DNA from: Eledone cirrhosa | Taxonomy: Eukaryota | Length of the DNA: 64,000 nucleotides | Assembly (NCBI GenBank): GCA_964016885.1 | Contig: OZ024752.1 | Location: 2,356,001-2,420,000, forward strand | Direction of reading: 5' to 3' | In this document: positions 56,931-64,000 of the stretch, in pieces | How the letters are laid out: the number at the start of each line of letters is the position of its first letter | Position numbering within the stretch: the stretch's first letter is position 1 | Notes under the pieces: generated by a model | Seen by the model: only the letters and a program-made list of their open reading frames with translations | The model's database searches: none | Told to the model about the DNA's origin: nothing | Position numbers and translations under genes: made by a program

Positions 56931-57115
56931 AATTGTTTCAACTGTTGGCACAAGGCCAGCAATTACCCAGTGCATTACTAGTACTTTATTGTATCGACCC
57001 CGTAAGGATGAAAGGCAAAGTTAACCTCGGCGGGATTTGAACTCCGACCGTAAAGGGACGTAACTATGCTGGGAAGCATGGCGCCCGACTCGCTACCGAT
57101 ACTGCCAATCCACCG
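56931..57115 (-). mobile_element. tRNA-derived SINE, full length, inside (TA)n
   Basis: A and B boxes, core and tail. Confidence 0.9.
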
Positions 57116-57139
57116 ATATATATATAATATGAAAAGATC

Positions 57140-57250
57140 AGTATCCCAACGGCTGAGCTACCGCCGTTTCGACAGCTAGATCCGAACTACACACTCGAGT
57201 ACTCTGGTGCGTTACGGTCTACCTGGTTCCTTACCACACTTTCTTTGTTA
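57140..57250. mobile_element. Family B copy: inverted piece carrying the HHR 3' half, plus tail
   Basis: Minus strand GCTGTC-GAAAC-GGCG-GTA-GCTCAGCCG; plus-strand tail GAGTACTCTGGTGCGTTA..GGTTCCTTACCAC. Confidence 0.72.
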
Positions 57251-60025
57251 TATATATATATACTCCTTTCTCAGTCTTTATTAGTATGCCTCGTTTCAGA
57301 GTCACCAATAATATAATCACACTAGCTCCCTTTCACATTCAGGTGCCATGTATATTCTTATTAACATTAAACCCTTAAATATAAATCTGACACAAGACGT
57401 AGTCATGGCTCGGTTTGTTTTTCTGAGTGTAACTTCCTTTATCTATATAACAGTTTGTCTGTTTATCTGGCCGTTTGTTTGCTTGTCTTTGCGTTTATGA
57501 CTGAGTGAGTTAAATGTTTAATTCACGATCCTAATATCGGGAGGATTATTCACGGCATTTGAGCAATGCACTTTAGTTCCGGTTTACCTTTCTACTCAAC
57601 CAGCAGAAATGTGTCCACATGTAATTTAAAGGACCGTACTTGTTACACGTTGTATCCCGCTGTGTCGCTCAGAGAATTAAGTTAAAAATTCACGAGTACA
57701 TGGAAGGCTCAATCATGTTTATTTGCACGTTACTTTCACGAGCAGGCTTTTCCGCTGTTCGAACAACTGGAACACACCTCATCGGAACAGACGACGTTTC
57801 AACGCTATGCCTTTTTTTCGTTTATTTACATATCAGTTCAACAATTTATTTCTAACATTGTATCTTATTTTCTATCGTTCTTATTCTCTACCTACAAATC
57901 AATCACATACAAAATATCAAGTTTGGCGTTCTGCCGAATAGAGGACATCATTATATTTTCTTAGCGGTATGTATCTTGTCCTAGCCATTAATCATTTTAA
58001 TGTTTTGTTTCCTTTTAAGCAGACTTAGGTCACACCATATTACTGCATTAGTTTGAAATCCATTTCAGATTCATTTCCTTTTCTACACTCTTCATTTTGC
58101 TTCCATTTCTTTTAATTTGATCGAACATTGCTGCCCAAGTGTATATGTCGTTCATATCATTATCCCTTCTACTTTTCGTTTGTATTTTTTACAAACAAAA
58201 TATTCCATGAGATCATTATATCCTTCAAAGCAACGACCGAGCCTGTCCACGTATGTTTCATCTGCTAGAACTGTTAACGCAATTTGCCTAAAATTTCACC
58301 TTGCTGTCTTAAAATGTTAAGCTCACAAATTGAACGTATTCTTCGATGCTCACTGCCGGGGAAAATACTATATACTCATTCATCAACACTGGTTGAACAT
58401 ATATCGGCTCAATCTGCATTGACTTGTAGTTATAAGGCGACAGAAAATATCATCAAATATCCAGGTATTGGTAGTTAGTCTTATTCAACATACTAGAAAT
58501 AATACAAAAAATCACCAATATACAGTTATACAGTCTTAAATTCAAACACGAGGTCATTCACACGGTTGCATCACGTTTCATTAGGGTGTTGTTCTGCAGA
58601 GCATATCTGAAACAAAATGAAACAACGCATAATTGACAGATCCAAATCTCTCTCATTTCACAGCTTATAGTTCATAATTGAAACTATATATCGTAACTCA
58701 ATTTCTTGAAAACATATGTCAGTTGAATTGCAAGATGCCCATCACGCGTAGGACATTATTCAAAGAAACAAGCGATAAAAATGAACATAAACAACAAAAA
58801 TACCTTTATTTGATAATTACTTTCCTGGAATACAATAGATGCATCTCAGGATTTGTATATATATATATTTATTCCTTTCCTTTCAATCTTGTCATATCAA
58901 TCTAGTGATATATTTCAATAGAGACTTGTATTGAAGAAAATACTATATGTATAGCTGTAATTAAGATATAAACTTATTTTAAAATGTAACTTTGTTACTG
59001 CTAATAATTCTATGTATTTATTCATGCTTACCCTGTCAACTCAAATTCTTTAAAGTTAGAAATCCCAGTTACTAAAGAGTAACGTAAAACATACCAAACA
59101 TCCAACGAATTCAAATAGAGCTAGATGGTGTTAGGCATAATAAAACAACTAAATATATCAATCAATCAATAAACTTCTCGAAAAATGTGCATCAATTCGT
59201 TGGCAATTGCGTATAACTTTGAAATGACTAGCAGTGCTCATACCCTCTCCTAACATGCACTTACACGCGTACTTTAGCCTGCACGCATAGCTATTTACCT
59301 GTGTGAAGCTGAAAGTGCATCAGAAGTGAGAGTAAACTGAAGAAAAGTCTACCTATCCATCCACAAGTATTCCTCTGGCGGACATCAAGGTGTTCTATCT
59401 TGGTTTTAAGAAATAATGGACACTAGTTTAAAACTGTAGAAGACATGATATAGACACGTGTTTAGTCTTTAGGTGCCGGGGCCTAAAGCATCACCTGAGT
59501 GAATTTAGCCTCTTTGTGTATGTTTATCCGTCGATCTTGGGGACCCTGTTCAATATAGCGTTGGATTTTGCCACCAGTTACACCACTGTCCATAACTTAG
59601 ATAAGCAGATCACTGCACACTGCCGGACAATTCTCCTCCTCAACAATTGCTTAGCCTGGACAAAGAAGTAAAACTAATTCAGAACTATTCTATGTATCAA
59701 TGGAATCATTCAATAGTGGTGATATATGCGAATTCTAAAGCCCCAGACTGACTATCGGACGTAACACCCGTAGACCGAATATGATGAATAATATATTGTA
59801 TTCTAATCTTCCACAGTCACCACCCCCGCATCGATCTAACATCAGTTAACTCCCCTTTGAGAATATCTTCTATGCATGTGTTTTTGTGTAATCGTTTTCC
59901 ATTTCTGCATTATCACATTTACGTCGAGCTGATGATCCGAAACGCCCCCCCCCCCCCCACACTTTCAAGCGTGAACCCAATACCTAACACCTTTCGTAAC
60001 AATACTCCTTGTTGTTATTTACTAT

Positions 60026-60056
<31 letters not shown>

Positions 60057-60099
60057 CTATCCAAATGGAGCCTGGACCGATAAGGTCTGGTTACTCGGG

Positions 60100-60310
60100 T
60101 ATGTCACTATTTATAAAACAAATTTTATATTTTATCAGATGATACCATTTGGTACCCTTGAAATATATATATAATAAAATAAATATGGTTTTATAAATAT
60201 TGCTTCCATTTAGTAATATCATTGATACTATACTCCAGGAAACTTGTCGAATGCTTCGAATCTGTTATAAATACATTTGTTGAATTACCAGCAAATTAAA
60301 TATATCTTTG

Positions 60311-60312
<2 letters not shown>
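60100..60312 (+). mobile_element. Family A pseudo-LTR copy with decayed HHR (60128-60181)
   Basis: TATTTTAT-CAGATGA-TACCATTTGGTACCCTT-GAAA-TATATATATA-ATAAAATA; downstream matches the reverse complement of 38690-38826. Confidence 0.72.
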
Positions 60313-60365
<53 letters not shown>

Positions 60366-60377
60366 ATATTTATATAT

Positions 60378-60591
60378 ATTAAAATAACAGATTAAAGTTT
60401 AAGCAAAGAATCGCTGCTTTCACCTTTAACGGGATCTTCAGAAGATCCCGTTAAGGGTGCAAGTACCGATTCTTTGCTTAAACTTTAATCTGTTATTTTA
60501 ATAAATACTTGCTCTACGGTTCTTATATGTTTGATATATATTTATCCTTATCGAGCCCTCTTTGGATTTTAGTCTTCAAATTTATTATTAT

Positions 60592-60597
<6 letters not shown>
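60378..60597 (+). mobile_element. Family E element: ~125-bp palindrome (60378-60502) centred on an HHR-like CTGAAGA, plus tail, inside (TA)n
   Basis: Minus strand of the left arm reads CTGAAGA-TCCCGTTAAAGGT-GAAA-GCAGCGATTC. Confidence 0.75.
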
Positions 60598-60665
<68 letters not shown>

Positions 60666-60987
60666 AATCCCACTGTTCTACCTTCCAAAGACCAATTAAC
60701 TTGCAGGCCTCTGCAAATGGATTTTGATGATTTCGGATCTACAGAAACCTAGTGGATATGTTACATAATATTATGTAATATATCCACGATAGTCCAGGTA
60801 ATTGTGAAAGATATATTCCTGAGCCGGTGTTTTTCGTTCTTCTGGTCCTAGCGGCTCGCATTTCGGTCGCTCTATTCAATTTGCTTAGCTGACTAAACGG
60901 TATAATTGAGTGCTTTTGGCTGCATTTCCCGACTGAATTCGTTAGCCTACCCGCAACCAGATCTTCGATTATGCTGCACTACCTTCT

Positions 60988-61020
<33 letters not shown>

Positions 61021-61025
<5 letters not shown>

Positions 61026-61227
61026 AACGAGTAGGACCCCGACGGCTGAGCTCAAGCCGTTTCGACGGCTAATTCTGGACTGAATTTAGTCCAGAAACAG
61101 CCGTCGAAACGGCTTGACCTCAGCGGTCGGGGCCCTACTCGTTCCTATTACCCACTCTACTACCATAAGTATTGAGTACTTTGGTGCGTTATGGTCCCTC
61201 TGGTTCCTTACCACATTTCCTTCGTTA
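61021..61227 (+). mobile_element. Family B element: 128-bp palindrome (61021-61148) plus tail, inside (TA)n
   Basis: ATAGGAACGAGTAGG..GCCGTTTCGACGGCT / AGCCGTCGAAACGGC..CCTACTCGTTCCTAT. Confidence 0.82.
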
Positions 61228-62265
61228 TATATATATATATGTCTCATTTCTTTTTCCATACTGTTCCCTTCCAATTCTACTTTCACGCTCTTTTCTCTCT
61301 TCTTCATTTGATTTAACTTAGATATATGTGTTGAGTTCAGAGACATACGTTTCCCAGGTGTATTTTCCGTAACGCTTAAACGGTTTCCTCAGTACGTTTG
61401 TAGACAATTTCATTCGGCTAATAACTGTTACACCTAACGTTTCACAATTTCCCATTAGTCTATAATTGTCAGTATCTTTGGAAATTCGGCGAGCGATAAC
61501 TCAGAGTAGCGGTTTGTGAAGATTTACCATCGAATCCATATATCTGTGCGTATATATGTCTACAGATATGGATGTTAACTATTAATTGATAAAGGCTTTT
61601 AATGGATATATTTTGAGTAGTATGATGGACGAAAATATATTATGAAAATATTTTTATTTGTTTAATAGGATAAGTTTAACTGATGGATTAAACACACCGA
61701 CTTTTCAAAACTCATAATTTATAAGCTATTTCTCTTGAAATTTATTCCGGTTTTAAATTTGAATTTCATTGAATTCCTTCCAATTTTCGAAATACATTAT
61801 TTTATTTATTCATTGTTAGAAATGCATTCAACGAAGCTATTTAATTCTTTATCTATACACATTCCACATGCTTATTTTATCCAATGAATCCTGCATATCA
61901 ATTTTCTCTTCTTGTTGATAGAATTCACAAGTGTATGTGCATGTTTGTGTTTAATTATTCACTGAAATCTCTTAATGATTCTGTTTGAAACGTTTAGATT
62001 TGAAATGATATTAATCTCTTTCTTATGCATTTCCCATATGTTTAGTTTTACTTCTAATACCTTTCAGATTATTATTTTATATTCATATAATATTTCCCTT
62101 ATAATTATCTATTAATTCATTCTGAATCAATAAATTGTTGGACAATATAATATACGTATGAATAGCACAACACTTTTAGACAAGAGTTACATGACCAGAT
62201 AGGTATTTGTTTTGTGATTTACCTTTTAGTTTTTAGCTGTAACCTCATCCACTGCCTCCTCGATT

Positions 62266-62332
62266 TCCTTCTTCTTCTTCTTCTTCTTCTTCTTCTTCTT
62301 CTTCTTCTTCTTCTTCTTCTTCTTCTTCTTCT
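62266..62332. repeat. (CTT)n microsatellite
   Basis: Read directly. Confidence 0.95.
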
Positions 62333-64000
62333 ATTTAAAGTGTTGTTGGGGTGTGTGGTGTGTGGCGTGGTGTGTGTGTGTGTGTGGGGGGGTCCTTCAA
62401 AAGCTTCTTCATAACTTGAGCATCAGAAGGGAAATGTATGTAGATTGAAATGCAGAAAAATGTATGTTTACTTTATTATTATTATTATCATATATTGAGA
62501 CAAAAAATAGCATGCTAATGTATTTTCAAATAAAGCAACAAAATGATAAACGATAACATTTCAAAGAAAATCGGAGACACCTTTTAGAATTTTCGACTCT
62601 GAAATAACAACATTTAAGATATAGAAATTGAATGGTGGAACAACATATCTTTAAAACTGAATTGTTAAGTGAATGATTTTCTCAAATTGCCTTTATGTCT
62701 TTGAAACATAAAGAGAAGCCTCATGAGTCATCGTACTCCTCTAAGATTTCATAAAGGCAGACTATTGGCAAGATTGTGTTTGTTAACTTATATTCACGTT
62801 TTGTATTTGCTTAGAAAGTTTTAAAAAAAGACGTGAACAATGCTACAAAAGAAATTTAATGTGTTGGCGAATGTAGCATGTAAACATAATGTTTGTGAGT
62901 GGTAGTATCAGAAAGATTGTGTTTGTGATGACAGTGGTGGTACTGCTGATATTGATGTTTGAGTAGTGGGTGGCTGGTGGTCTTACATATTGGAATGCAG
63001 ATGTGGGGACGGTTTGAATGGATATTTGAAGTAGTTTCAGAAGTGACGGTTTCATGCATTTTGAATGGTTTGAAGTATCGCTATGTATAACGTTTCGTTT
63101 TATATCAAACTTATCTTATATTTTAGAAGAGGAAAGGGTAAAAGCGGTCGGTCCTTGAGCAGAATATGATTAAAGATACGTCACAGGTGACTTTTGCGAC
63201 GAGCACTAACATATCCAATGTTTCTGTCCTTTTATGAGAGAAGTATTATTATATAAAGAGGAAAGGCAACTTCATAAATGTTTCTCATATACACTCTGAG
63301 TGTAGAGATGATAGTGCGTTATATGTGTGAAAGTTGTGAAAGCATGTGTATGATGTTGAATGCTATGTCAAATATCAAACATACCTATAAGTAATAAATA
63401 CACCCTTTCTCTTACAAGTTATGTTCATATATATTGAGTGTATTTAGGACAAGATGAAAGATACATTATTCCATCATTAGGTTTGTCAGATCAGCGTTGC
63501 ACCAGCAGAACTACCTCTTTATGTGCCCGCCGAAGCAGATATATTCTCGTACTATTTCATCAGACATATTTAGAATTTTCCGTGTGCTATTAATTACTAA
63601 TGTATTGTCTGTTAATTTAATTTCTCCTCACACTCACCATCTTTCTATTTCATCTTTTATTACATAATCTATATTCTTATGAATTTCTTGTGTCTGAAAA
63701 GTAAACAAACATTTTTCCTCATCTATCGAGGTTCATACGGAAAATTGCAATCCCATCAAGCTTGCTTGCTGAGGAGTGTGACATTTGGGCATATTGCAGG
63801 ATGAAATACAAGAACCTGCAAAGGGCAGAGGAATTCAGTAGAGTCAACGGCCATCTAAATAGTACTTTCTGTTTTTACCTGGGAGTGAAAGGCCCCCAGT
63901 TTTTGACGCAACACCTTTCTAAGAGAGGTAAACTCTGAAAGCAAAACCTGCAGCTTCGGAAGCATCCGCTGATGTTGACCTTTCCTTCTTTTTGGGTAGT

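Noticed and set aside
63127-63186. Plus-strand exon candidate TTTTAG|...CAG|GTGACT
   Set aside because: Stop codons in all three frames and a weak donor

Overview
This is AT-rich, microsatellite-dense eukaryotic non-coding DNA (intergenic or intronic). The SINE families and repeat style point to an octopod cephalopod, which is an inference. I find no supportable host protein-coding gene; most ORF-track entries are (TA)n/(CA)n/(GA)n/(TAG)n artefacts. The window is a mosaic of decayed mobile elements: 11 copies of a tRNA-derived SINE, one CORE-type SINE, RTE-clade LINEs (one near full length), L1/Tx1-clade LINE remnants, two Penelope-like element (PLE) coding remnants and two non-autonomous Helitron-type copies. 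The most notable signal is a set of short elements abutting (TA)n that carry minimal type I hammerhead ribozyme (HHR) motifs, often as fold-back palindromes or inverted pairs. Five motifs have intact cores, one of them the U3-A8 compensatory variant, and several more are decayed. Helix II sequence differs between families, yet a C-C (or C-U) mismatch is kept at its 4th pair. In two cases the inverted arm starts at or next to the predicted cleavage site. Coordinates were read by eye and element ends are approximate.
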